Assembly: GCA_030704615.1 (NCBI GenBank)
Contig: CM060731.1
Coordinates: 55,180,001-55,244,000, forward strand
Length of the DNA: 64,000 nucleotides
Direction: 5' to 3'
DNA from: Takakia lepidozioides
Lineage: Eukaryota > Plantae > Bryophyta
In this document: in pieces, positions 49,309 through 61,721 of the stretch
Layout: each line of letters starts with the position of its first letter
Position numbering within the stretch: the first letter of the stretch is position 1
Made by a program: the position numbers and the translations under genes
Notes under the pieces: model-generated
Told to the model about the DNA's origin: nothing
What the model saw: the letters and a program-made list of their open reading frames with translations, nothing else
Databases searched by the model: none

Positions 49309-51040
49309 GGTACTGTAAGTTCTCCTTGTTGGAGAAAGGTCATCTGTCCTTCCAGCCACCATTCTTCCTCGCATGGAGGAACCCTGGAGCTGACTCCATG
49401 TACACTGACGTTATCGTGGAGTGGCATCTGGAGCATTTGCGCGACTGCCCTTGGTATGTGGACCTTCCGCCCGGCTCGCTTGACTCATCCGAGTTCCAAT
49501 TGAAGCTGGATGCGGAGGCCCGACCAAACCGAGCTCCGCTGCCTCCGCTGGGTCCAAAGGAGGCGAAAGCGCTTGTCAAGTCTAGGAAAGCGGCAGAGCT
49601 TGCTTAGGCAGGTATTCAGGAGAAATTGAATGAGAAGAATAAAGGACAAATGAAAAGGACACGGAAACAGGGGAGTAAAGTAACCCCCAAAAAACAGAAA
49701 ACCACCGGGGCACCAGAGGAGGCGCAGGAGGGGCCCCAAGGGAGTGACTCCGACGACGACTTTGTGCAAGGTCCTGCAACTACTGCTGCTACTACCAAGT
49801 CATCGGTCGTCCGAGTTCCCAAGTCAGTTCGGACTGGGACTGGCTCTGCCAAGAAGTTGGCATTTGAGGGTGAGCCTACATGGCGGTATTCGGCGGTGAT
49901 GTTTCCGCAAAGGCCAAAGTTTCGCAAGTCTCTGGAGGAACTGAAGGGGAAAGCCAAGAAGAGGGCTGCTGCTATAGAGCCTAAAGACACCCCTGGTTTG
50001 GAAGCCATGATGGAATTCTTCACGGCTGTGAGCACGGATTGCAAGAGCACTTGGGGGGGGGGGGGGGGGGGGGGGGGTTGAGGTGGAGAGAGCCTGCGAT
50101 ATGATTCTCCTTGATATTCTAGATGGGGAGCTGCTGGAGGGCCTGGATGGTGTGCCCACCTAGAACAGGTTTACAGAGGACTACGGGAGAGCCGGGTTTG
50201 GGCTGGCGGGGATGCTCCTGGATGACAGTGGATGTATGGTGGTCCTTGCCACAAGAGGGAAGACCACAGAGAATGTTGTGGCAAGGTGGACACCGAAAAG
50301 TGTCACCTCGGTCCTCCTGAAAAAATGGTTCTGCATCAATACGCAGGGGTTGCGAACAGAGGGCCAGAGTGTAAGTTATCAATTTATTGCATTCACTTCA
50401 TATTGTGGTGTATCTAAACTAGACCCTGGAGTGGATCCCTCTTTTGTTGGATGTGCAGACATTGGTGTTTGAGGCATATTGTTTTGTGAAGAGAGGGTCT
50501 ACGTTCAAATTCTGCAATGACGGTCGTCTTGTTGATGCCGCTGTGGACCCTGTTACCTACGATGTCCTCTACAACTATGTGCCCCAATCCAGTATGTCGA
50601 AGGACACAAAGACAGGCAAACCGTGGCGGTACAGCCGAAGGAAGAAAGATTGTCCAAACAATTCTTTCAAAGGTTCTTGGAATTGCCAGACGGTTGTAAA
50701 GAAAATATTCTGAAACGAATGCATGATGCTGATCCAGAATGGGGTCTAGAGAAAGGAGTGATAAAGATTTATCAGGTAGCCTGTAGAGGAAGAGCACGTT
50801 GGTTACCAACATTGGTTTATGTGCGGAGCCCTGCTTTCATCCAAACCCTCATGGAGACGTGCTCGGATGTCCAAGGGCGGATTCTTGACCTCACATGCGG
50901 CCCGGGTAAGCCTTCACGTGCACATTTTGTCCCCTGGCCCGATTGCAATTGCATGCCGCATGCTACTAACCACCCGCTTTGTCCCTCAGGTGCTTCAATG
51001 TGGGCAGGGACGTTGTCCGACAGGCATGTCTTTGCCTTCG
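49309..51040 (+). pseudogene. Cargo gene copy 2 (3' exons with the amino-methyltransferase domain)
   Basis: DMILLDILDG...GILLDD-type block; RSPAFIQTLMETCSDVQGRILDLTCGPG|ASMWAGTLSDRHVFAF; insertion of about 186 bp at 50637-50822. Confidence 0.85.
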
Positions 51041-53454
51041 CCTTGCAATAAAATGTTGCATTTCATTGCTATGACGAGTCCACTGGTGCCACATTCCAAC
51101 TTCACATGACCCTATTCCGTGCCTCCTAACCCTATTTCCGTGGACACACAATGGTCCGCTCATGTTTTTTTTTTTTTCGCTCATGCTCATGCCGCTCATG
51201 AAATAGCAGCCCCCCTTCTCCTCATCTATGTTATCTGTTATTGGATACTTTTCTGCTGCCACATCGGCAGTAACTTGTCAAAGTCACTTCTAACCACCAC
51301 AGATCCACCCAACGACCTAACTTACAGAGTTCAATATGCATCTTAGGGCCGAATCTGATGAGAGGGTAAAACAGACAGAAGTAGGTTGAAGAAGAAGGTG
51401 CCCTCACCACATTGTCCTTGACCTTGTGTCATGACCCATGGAGGATTTCATCGAACATCAACCCTAAAGAACCTCTTGTGTCTGCAGCTTGTGTCTGCAG
51501 CCTTCAGAATGACATCTGGTAATCTGCAGGCATTCACCTTTTTGCCTCGTTTGTCCCACCATTGGCTGGGGTCAGAAAAGTATTCATCCCACAGCTTCTC
51601 CTCATCTTTGTTTACCTGTTTTTGGATACTTTCTTTGTGTCACATTGGCAGTATCATGTCAAAGTCACTCCAAACTACCAAAGGTTCACTCAATCAGCTA
51701 ACTTGCAGAATTCAACATGGAAATGTAGGGCATATTTTGATAGGAGGGGAAAACAAGGTGAAATGTGTTGAAGAAGGTGTCTTCTCCTCATCCATGTTAT
51801 TTGTTTTTGGATACTTTCCTGCTGCCACATCAGCAGTAACTTGTCAAAGTCACTCCTAACCACCACAGATCCACCCAACGAGCTAACTTACAGAGTTCAA
51901 TATGCATCTCAAGGCCGAGTCTGATGAGAGGGTAAAACAGACAGAAATAGGTTGAAGAAGAAGGTGCACTCACCACATTGTCCTTGACCTTGTGTCATGA
52001 CCCATGGAGGATTTCATCGAACATCAACCCTAAAGAACCTCTTGTGTCTGCAGCTTGTGTCTGCAGCCTTCAGAATGACACCTGGTAATCTACAGGCATT
52101 CACCTTTTTGCCTCGTTTGTCCCACCAAGCAGTTGGTTCGATTGGCTCCACTCAACCTGCGCGGCCAAAAATTTTGACTCACAGATTGATCTGTGAGAAC
52201 CACCACGGTGCATCTGAGCAGGTAGAGATTGAACACGGCCTTCTAAGACCAAGCTGACTCTCCCAAGAACCTTGCAAACATCAGGAAGAATACCAAATCA
52301 TGGTACTGACAGGAGCCAAGAGCCCACCTTTACAGGATATACAAACTTCTTCAGATCGTACATTAAGAAAAAGCGACACCCTTCCCCCATCATTTGCTTG
52401 ATCCTTCATCTGCCAAGACAATCTCTTCAGCAAGTCTTCAGCTCAGCATGGATTTCCTCAATTCGTTGAGAGCTTACAGCTTGCAAGGTGAACGATGGCG
52501 GAAAACGCAGATCAAGAAGATCAAGATCCAGGCATTTCGGGCAGTTCCGAAAACGTTGGCGCGGCAATTTTCTATTGGCGTATTTCGGGCAGGCAGTCCG
52601 GGCAGATTGACACAATTTGACGACGAAATGTGGCGACGAAACGTGGCGACGATGACATGGCGACAAAAACGTGGCACTTTGGCACCCTATTCCTGCTCTA
52701 CGCTAAACTACCTTCCGACCTTCGGTCATCGCTAGAACTAGGGCTTCGCGTTGCTTCGCACTACTAGCAACGAATTCTGAGAACTACCTTCAATTTTTCA
52801 CAAAAAAAGGGGTGAGTCATCCCCACGGTGTTACATGCAGAGATCCCGTGTTTTTTTTTTTTCTGGAAGAAAACTGGCGGATCTGCATTTCAAGGTTCAA
52901 TTTTCACAAGCCACATCAATCAATAACAATATACCCAAATACCCTTACATTCACTATATGAACTTCAAGCATCCTCCATGGGATTGGATCTTGGTGGGTT
53001 AAGCCTAGCTTTTGACAATATTCATGCAAGTTCGTCATCGGCTCCATCCAAAGCCACACCACGAGAAACAAACAAACATGTCCAAATTTAAGATGTTGAA
53101 CAAACTTGTGCATAGGGCTGCCCCTCTCATCAAGCTCATTAAAATTCGTATTCACTTCCATCTTCAAGCTTTGGAGAAGCTCCACCACCCAAACCCAGAA
53201 TCAGTCAAAAATCACCCCTTTCAGTCAAGTGCAATTGTGGGCTGACTTTCCACCTATGCCGGGTAGACCCCAACATCAGGAAACGGTGGATGGTCTGAGT
53301 AGCTACACAGATCAACGAATGAAGCAAGACACTTGCATCTTGCACTCAACAGAACATGATGGTCAGTATTCTCAGGAAATGGTGGATGGTCTGAGTAGCT
53401 ACACAGATCAATGAATGAAGCAAGACACTAGCATCTTTCCAAGAAAACATCCTT

Positions 53455-54808
53455 TCACCAGTAATCACCACAAGAACAAATCCCATCTTCAAAGTGGTGG
53501 AAAGTGGTCAGTGTCCCATACAACAATTGCTCGGCCAACAATCTTTGAGATGAATTTGGTGGAGGTGTGGCAGTCTCCACACACTCGAAGATTCATGATG
53601 AGTCGTGCTGATCAGCCCAAAACCAATGGTCAGCTTCTCACTGTGGTGGCAAAGAGAATATTCTTTTCTTCCACATCATGCAAAAAAAAATGTTTGTCAG
53701 GCACATACCCCGCCTCCTTCATCTGCCCAGACAATCTTCTCAGCTCAGCATGGATTTCCTTAATTCTGGGATATCACTTGTTATCTGGCTCCTTTATAAC
53801 CCCTCTGACCTTCATCATTCTTCTCACATTTGCAGTGTCATCCCACCTGCCAGCTACAGCTTAGATGTTGGTATAGCAACACATAAGTCGCGGCATCCTG
53901 CTCATCCCACTCGAGGATAGATGTTGCCACACATTCAGCCATCTCCACATTGCCATGGATTCTGCAGGCACCAAGCAAGGCCTTCCACACCACAACATAT
54001 GGATGGATTGGCATTTTATTAATCAGGTCCACTGCCTCATGTAGTTGTCCCGCACGTCCATAAGGTCCACCATGCAGCCAAAGTGTTTTACTGGCGGGGT
54101 GACACCATGATCTTGACTCAGGGAATCGAAGTAGCGTCTTCCTTCATTCAGTAGGCCAGTGTGGCTACATGCACAGAGAACACATATAAAGGTGATATTG
54201 TCCGGCTTCAAGCCGTTCTTTTCCATTCCTTCAAACAGTTGCAGGACCTCCATATGAGTTCTTTTGCATTCCTTCAAATAGTTGCAAGACCTCCTCATGG
54301 CAACCATGCTGGGCATATCATGCGATCAACACATTTCATAATACAACATTTCGTTCAGTCACATTGTCAAATACTCCCTTTGCATCCTCGATGCACCCAC
54401 ATTTCGCATACATATCCACCAGGGAATGTCCAGAATGACATTTGGTACAATTCCAGCTTTGAGGATGTCACCATGCACCTCTTTGCCCTTTTCCAGGGCT
54501 GTCAGGCTTGCACAGGCATTGCAAACGCACACAAATGTGATGTGGTTGCACTTTACCCCTTCCCCCATCATTTGCTCATAGGTCTCCCAAGCCTCCATCC
54601 CGCGCCCCTGCTGTGCATATCCTGCAAGCACGGCGTTCCATGACACCAAATCTTGTTCAGCCATACTGTTGAACACTCCCTCCGCATCCTCAATGCTCCC
54701 ACATTTGGCATACATGTCCACGAGGGTATTGTTCAGAATCACATCTGGTACAATTCCAGCTCTGGCGATGCAACCATGCACCTCTTGGCCCTTTTTCCAG
54801 GCTGCCCA
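53455..54808 (-). pseudogene. PLS-class PPR-E-DYW pseudogene with an intact DYW terminus (direct paralog of 42168-43760)
   Basis: HSEKL, VCGDCH and DGICSCGDYW* (stop 53455-53457); PPR motifs LVDMYAKCG and VSWNAVLAGYAQQG; frameshifts. Confidence 0.92.
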
Positions 54809-55344
54809 ACGACGCAACCGCGTGAGCATGTGAGCGAGGCGCGACCTAAACGAGTTGAAGAGAAGAGAGCCGTGGTGACGTGGCATGAGTGTGACGGGGC
54901 GTGAGCGTGATGCCAGCAGGTTGCCATGGTGTCGAATGTTGACGTGGCGCCATGTCAGCATCCGCCACGTCAACCGAAACATATGACACCTATACCCGAG
55001 GATCCTATGACTGTGGGATGAACTTAGGGAGCATGAAACCAAAATACCATCAAGAATACCATCAAAAGACCCGAAATGGGAAATATGCCTAAACTCTGGC
55101 ATTTATTCCACAACATTTTGCAATTACAATTGTAAGTTTTACAATAATAATTACAATGAGGACAAAATAACCTCATAAGGCTCCATTGAGGCTAACCCAA
55201 GAAGACCCTGATTCCTCCCAAAATAACGAAGAGAAGAGGGATCACGGTATAAAAAAGAAGCATGCATTACATAGCGACACAGAAGAGACCAGAGCAATTT
55301 TCTTTTTGGTAACAATACGAAGAAAACAAAAAAAACAAAAAAAA

Positions 55345-55965
55345 ACATAGCAGAAGTGATTGTCGGCACTGATCATCACTTCTGCTCTGTTTTTCTGCCG
55401 AGATGGGGCCTCTATTGAGCCTTCGGCCTTCTCATACACGGGTCATGAGGAAAGAGGAGCCGTATGATGGGAGACTATCACGTACGGTTCCATAGGAGGG
55501 GAACAGCTTTCAAACCTCAGGCCGAAGGTGGACATGGTGAAGAAAAAAAAAAGATTTTTATTTCCCCTACCAACCCAATTCATCTTTGTTCATGCCACCA
55601 ACTATCAGTTTAGTATTGCTTCTAGTTCATTTTGTCACCCTGAATGGAGGATACTCAATACCAAATGCTCGGCAATCCTTTGTGATTGTTGGCACCGACA
55701 ATCACTTCCACACTGTTTATTTTTTATTTTTAGGGAAAAACATTTAATAATAATAATAATAATAATAATAACAATAACATAGCAGAAGTGATTGTCAGGA
55801 CCGATCATCACTTCTGATGATCGGTGCCGCCAATCACTTCTGTTCTGCTCTGTTTTTAAAATATATATATATATATTTATCTGCATATTGTTCCCAAAAA
55901 AAAAAAAAAACAGAGCAAAACAGAAGTGATTGTCGGTGCTGAAAATCACTTCTGCTTTGCTCTGT
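55345..55965. repeat. AT-rich segment with repeated hairpins CAGAAGTGAT-N14-ATCACTTCTG plus (TAA)n and (TA)n
   Basis: Copies near 55351, 55782 and 55921, and a partial inverted copy near 55680-55710. Confidence 0.75.
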
Positions 55966-56035
55966 TTTTTTTTTTTTTTTTGGCTTCTCCGTATTGTTCC
56001 TAAAAAAATAAAAAATAAAAACAGAGCAAAAGTAA

Positions 56036-59000
56036 TTGAGGAACTTGCCCCGCCTTCCTCCTCATCCCCCTCATCCCCCCCATCCTCCGAGCTCTGTGAT
56101 GCATCAGTTCCACTATGCCTCTCAAAAATTCCGTCCTCTCCTTGGGGGACTGTCCACCTCACCTCCTGGGAATCTTTTGCCTCTTCTCCCCCACTTTCCT
56201 CAGCAGAATCCAAGACAAATCTACGAGCCTGACGGGCTCTAATAGCTGTTGCCTCCTCCCTCATCTTCATTTTCTTGAGGCTTGCCTCGTCTAAAATCTG
56301 TTGTACACGACTAGGTTCGGAAGACCTCCTAATGGACACCGAAGCAAGCCGGGTAGCATAAGTAGGAAGGATGTAATCCCTTTCTGGACTAGGCATGAAA
56401 TCCCCCCTGGCAAAAAAAGGCACGTTCCTCCTGCCCATGAACTGCGGTGTAGACGTCCCTCCTGCAGTACTTGGCATCCTGCAATAAGAACAAATCCACT
56501 TTAAGAATGTCAATACCAGCAGAAGCAAAAAAGGGCCTTTCAATGAAATAAGAGAGCGAAGGGAGGTGCCTCACGAAATCAGGAGGCAACTTACAATGCG
56601 ACCACTCACTTGTAAACCGGGGCCTCCTCGGCCTCGATGCCAACTTGTACCTCCCCCTGCTCCTTCTCGGATTCTTCATCATCCTCCGAGGATGCCTCTT
56701 CCTCTTTCGCCAGACGTTCAGCCGCTGCAAGTTCGGAGTTGTGGAGGGCAGTATCTGGCTCGAAGGCGAAGACATGCCTGTCGGACAACGTCCCTGCCCA
56801 CATTGAAGCACCCGAGGGACAAAGCGGGCGGTTAGTAGCATGCGGCATGCAATTGCAATCGGGCCATGGGACAAAATGTGCACGTGAAGGCTTACCCGTG
56901 CCTCATGTGAGGTCAAGAATCCGCCCTTGGACATCCGAGCACGTCTCCATGAGGGTTTGGATGAAAGCAGGGCTCCGGGTCTGGCTGTACCGCCACGGTT
57001 TGCCTGTCTTTGTGTCCTTCGGCATACTGGAGTGGGGCACATAGTTGTAGAGGACATCATAGGTAACAGGGTCCACAGCGGCATCAACAAGACGACCGTC
57101 GTTGCGGAATTTGAACGTAGACCCTCTCTTTACAAAACAATATGCCTCAAACACCAATGTCTGCACATCCAACAAAAGAGGTATCAACTCCAAGGTCTAG
57201 TTCAGATACACCAAAATATGAAGTGAATGCAATAGATTGATAACTTACACTCTGGCCCTCTGTTCACAACCCCTGCGTATTGATGCAGAACCATTTTTTC
57301 AAGAGGACCGAGGTGACACTTTTCGGTGTCCACCTTGCCACAACATTGTCTGTGGTCTTCCCTCGTGTGGCAAGGACCACCATACATCCACCGTCATCCA
57401 GGAGTATCCCCGCCAGCCCAAACCCGGCTCTCCAGTAGTCCTCAGTAAACCTGTTCCAGGTGGGCACACCATCCAGGCCCTCCAGCAGCTCCCCATCTGG
57501 AATATCGAGGAGAATCATATCGCAGGCTCTCTCCACCTCAAGCCCCCCCCCCCCCCCCCCCCGAGTGCTCTTGCAATCCGTGCTCATAGTCGTGAAGAAT
57601 TCCATCATGGATTCAAAACCTGTACTGGGAGCCCTCTTCTTGGCTTTCCCCTTCTGCTCCTCCACAGACTTGCTGTGTGCCACTTTCTTCGCCCTGGCAG
57701 CCAGAGCGTCAAGAAAGCTCTCATTGACACATTGGATGATGGTTGGGGGTTCTAGCTTTGGCCTCTTCGGAAACGTCACCGCCGAATACTGCCGTGTAGG
57801 CTCGCCCTCAAATGCCAACTTCTTGGCAGAGCCAGTCCCAGTCCGAACTGACTTGGGAACCCAGACGACCGGTGACTTGGTACCAGCAGCAGCAGTCGCA
57901 GGACCTTGCACAAAGTCGTCGTCGGAGTCACTCCCTTGGGGCCCCTCCTGCACCTCCTCCGGTGCCCCGGTGGTTTTCTGTTTTTTGGGGGTTATTGTAC
58001 TCCCCTATTTCCATATCCTTTTCTTTTGTCCTTTATTCTTCTCATTCAATTTCTCTTGAATACCTGCCTGAGCAAGCTCTGCCGCTTTCCTGGACTGGGC
58101 AAGCGCTCTCGCCTCCTTTGGACCCATCGGAGGCAGCGGAGCCCGGTTTCGTCGAGCCTCAGCATCCAGCTTCAATTGAAACTCGGATGGGTCGAGCGAG
58201 CCGGGCGGAAGGTCCACATACCAAGGGCAGTCGCGCAAATGTTCCAGATGCCACTCCTTCACGATAACGTCAGTGTACATGGAGTCAGCCCCAGGGTTCC
58301 TCCATGCGAGGAAGAATGGCGGCTCGAAGGACATATGTCCTTTCTCCAAAAGGGAGAACTTATAGTACCTGCATTCAAGAAACACACAGAATGAGGTCCC
58401 AGGAACGAGATAAATTTTAGGGAATGAAAATGACTAGGCCCGGAACTGGAAAAATTGCGCCGAATTTCCAGTTTTGGTGTTAGCCACCCCAGGGACTTGG
58501 CCATTTTCGGGGCCCTGCACTGGAAAACCGGCGCCATTTTCCCAGGTTGGGGCCGAAAATGGCTAAGTCCCAGAACTCACTGGGCCCGGAATTGAAAAAA
58601 TGGCGCCGAATTTCCAGTTTCGGTGCCTGCCTCTAAAGGGACTTAGCCATTTTCGGGGTCGTGCACTAGAAATTCGGCGCCATTTTCCCAGGTTGGAGCC
58701 GAAAATGGCTAAGTCCCAGAACTGACTGGGCCCGGAACTGGAAAAATGGCGCCGAATTTCCAGTTTCGGTGCCAGCCACCCCAGGGACTTAGCCATTTTC
58801 GGGGCCCTGAACTGGAAATTCGGCGCCATTTTCCCAGGTTGGGGCCGAGCATGACTAAGTCCCAGATCTGACTGGGCCTGCAACTGGAAAAATGGCGCCG
58901 AATTTCCAGACTGAGTGCAAGCCACCCCCTGGACAGCCATCCCCCAGGGCCCAAATCGGCGTCATTTTTTCAAGGACCACAACTAATTTTCATCCGCCAC

Positions 59001-61721
59001 ATAAGGCCTCTTACATCCTCGAAATGTTGGGACTAAAAAGAAAGGCACAGCGTATGTACCTGTACAGAAGGCGCATTGCCGCTTTGTCCGCGTTCGGCTG
59101 GTCGGTGAACTCGTGGCTCCGGCGGGCATGGGGTATCTCTCGAAAGAATATGTCGGTTTTGTAATTCAGAAAGTACCTTGTCACAGAGTCGCGTAGGCTC
59201 TCTGCTTCACCAAAAAATCTCCAGCTTGAACTGATGTGCTTGTGTGTCAAGCTGCTCTTGTGCATTCGTCGTCACCTGTGGAGATTCTCCATCAGACCGC
59301 TTTCCTCAAAAAATACAATAAATCCATCCGATACAAGAGTAGACGCCCCAAATGAAGCGTGGGAAAGTACCTGAAACCACCATGTCATGCGGTTCATTCA
59401 CATGTCGAATGTGGGGTCGGACAATTTGTCGGGTTTGGGGAAGCTCCACATGTCCCTTGTACTTTGGGAACCATTCCAGATTTGGAGCCACCGGGTCTGT
59501 CCAACCACCCAACATATTAGTAAGCGCCAAACACCACAAAAACGAATTGCTGCCACGACAATTTGGTTAACAATGTATAACCTTTTCTGTTGCATCCACA
59601 CATGATGTGGCTAGACGATGCAACTTCTCCAGTGTCATTGTGGGCTTCAGAGCGCGGGAGAAGTGCTTCCCCACCTCCACCAGAAAATCGGCACCAAGGG
59701 CGGGATCAGCTATGGCCACGTACTTTACCATCCGCGACTTGTACTTGATGCAGGCCTTCGCCTCCGCAGCTTTGAGATACGATTCCAATGCCGGGAGGGT
59801 TAGTTTCTTCTCCTCTGACTCCATGTAGAACCTCCGCGCATGTGCCAATCCTGCTGAATTTTCGTCTGTCAAGAATGCGCACATAAGATTAGAGATCCTG
59901 CTCAACACTTTTTCTTATGTTGGGGGAGGAGAGACAGATTAGCTTAACAAAACTGTCAGGAGCTTTACCCGAAATATGTAGTCCACCATGGCGTCCATGC
60001 TCAGCCTATACCAGGTTTTGTCTGCCTTTGCCTCCGACTTGCGCAGGAGGTCGGCACTGAGCGAATTGGCAAACTCTTGCAGCCCCTGCTTCCCGACATC
60101 CTTCACTCGGAAGAGCATATGGGACAAGTTGGTGGCAATGAAGGCATTCTCAGTCACCCTGCAATGCCACATTTCCATTAAACAATACAGAAATGAGAAT
60201 TTGCAACAAATATGACGATTGGCAATGAAATGTCTGTTTCAAATTCAAAGTTCCAAAGCAAGAAGCATTGTAACTTACGAGTTGATGTCTGCCATTGCCG
60301 CTTTGAGAAGATTGCAATCTTTGGGCCCCGCAACCTTGAGCACAACACACTCCACGACGAAATGCCAATCCAGGTCGTTGGGGTGGGCTTGGGCTATGTA
60401 CTCCATCCATGCCAGGAGGCGATGATTGCCGTCCCACACGTAAAACATCTTTCCGGACAAGTGCTGGAAAAGAGGATCAGTAGCAATCAATCTCTCGAAC
60501 TCCTCATTTCGCCTTTGCCAATGGGGACCCCATTTGTCCACCTCATCGGAAGTGTGGGCACGAGAAGCTCCGTGGTCGTTCTCCATGGAAACGTAAAACG
60601 CGGCAGACCCCATTTGATATCCCTCCCGGAAAGAGAATTTCAGCTTGTCGATATTGCCTGGGAGGGCAGGTCTCACCACCTGCAATGAAACCAAGCTGCG
60701 AAGGGGAATCCGAAGCTTGGCCGGGTACACCATGCCCCCCAAGACCCTGCCAATGTTGCTGTGGGTTGCCTCCAACATCTTGGCAGCGGCCATTTTCATA
60801 TCCGACTCCGACATGACGTGTGTTGTAGGGGGGTTCTCCGACAACCCACCCAGACCGCCAAATCCAACCTGTATGCTTCGGGTTTGGGGCCTGGGGATGT
60901 CCGGGAGGATGTCATCCTGGTCAGAAAGCTCCCTCTCGTCGTCCTCAACATGGTCAACCACCACCGGAACCACCTCGAGCACTCTCCCCGTCTCTACTAC
61001 CCTCTCCCCGGCTTCACCTCGAACTTGCACAATCCGTGCTCTTTGTGGTGTTCTTTCCCCTCCTCCAGTCTCCACCGTATGGGTAATTGTGGGGGCTGCT
61101 CCTGCCCGCGATGGTGTAACCGGTGTGTTACTGCCTCTTTGTGGTGTCTTGGAGGGATCCACCGTCTCTGTGCGTCCCTCGCTTACATGGGCATCTGTCA
61201 TTTTGACACCCCTGGCCTCTTCAGTGGCCTTTTCTCTTTCCTCCTGGCTAGCCTTCTGTCTCGCCTGTTCTTTTGCCCTCTCTTTTGCCCTCTCAAGGGC
61301 TTTTTGTTTCTTACTAGGGGTAACAACATGAGCCCTCCAGGACAACCACCTTTGATTGAGGCGAACTGACACCCTCGCGCGCCCTGCTCACTCCCCCCTC
61401 CGCAGCCCGTGACGGCTCTCTCGCCGGGGATTGCATGTGCTTGGCTTTCTTCTTCTTCTTTGCGTGGGCGGGCCCTACTGCATGTGCATCAACATCCTCC
61501 ATTGTCGGATCTGCTGTCCTCATCCGATGCCCTTCACCTGCCATGCCGCCTGCACCAACCTCCCCAATGCCTATTTTGTCGTACTCTCGCTGCAGGTCCT
61601 CCCGTCCACCAACAAAAGGTTTTAGTTTGCCCTCCCGCCCCAAGTTGGGCGATCCAAACATGCGATGAGTAGCGGCTTTTGGAGTGACTGCTCGAGCAGT
61701 TGGAGGTGTCGATGATACCAC
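56036..61721 (-). pseudogene. ParB-like domain plus amino-methyltransferase gene, copy 3 (most complete; about 9 exons)
   Basis: DGNHR at 60433-60419; motif IV-like ILLDIPDG at 57506-57492; motif X/I/II RSPAFIQTLME..ILDLT*GTG|ASMWAG..RHVFAFEPD; canonical GT-AG introns; stops mostly from C>T. Confidence 0.85.
58440..58970. repeat. Intronic GGCGCC-palindrome array (mirror of 39800-40445)
   Basis: About 8 copies of GGAAA-N3-GGCGCC-N3-TTTCC. Confidence 0.9.

Larger units (their letters stand above)
45463..51213. mobile_element. Mutator-like (MULE) DNA transposon copy 2, internally deleted, with both TIRs and a TSD
   Basis: Left TIR GAGGTTAGCTATTTCATGAGC.., right TIR ..GCTCATGAAATAGCAGCCCC. 9-bp TSD CCTTCTC(A/C)T at 45454-45462 and 51214-51222. 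An uninterrupted empty-site paralog lies near 45041-45070. Confidence 0.9.

Noticed and set aside
42168-54808. Functional PPR-DYW editing factors
   Set aside because: Both copies have multiple frameshifts or stops and lack 5' ends
54809-55115. LTR-like fragment ending CAACA
   Set aside because: No matching copy or flanking hallmarks in the window
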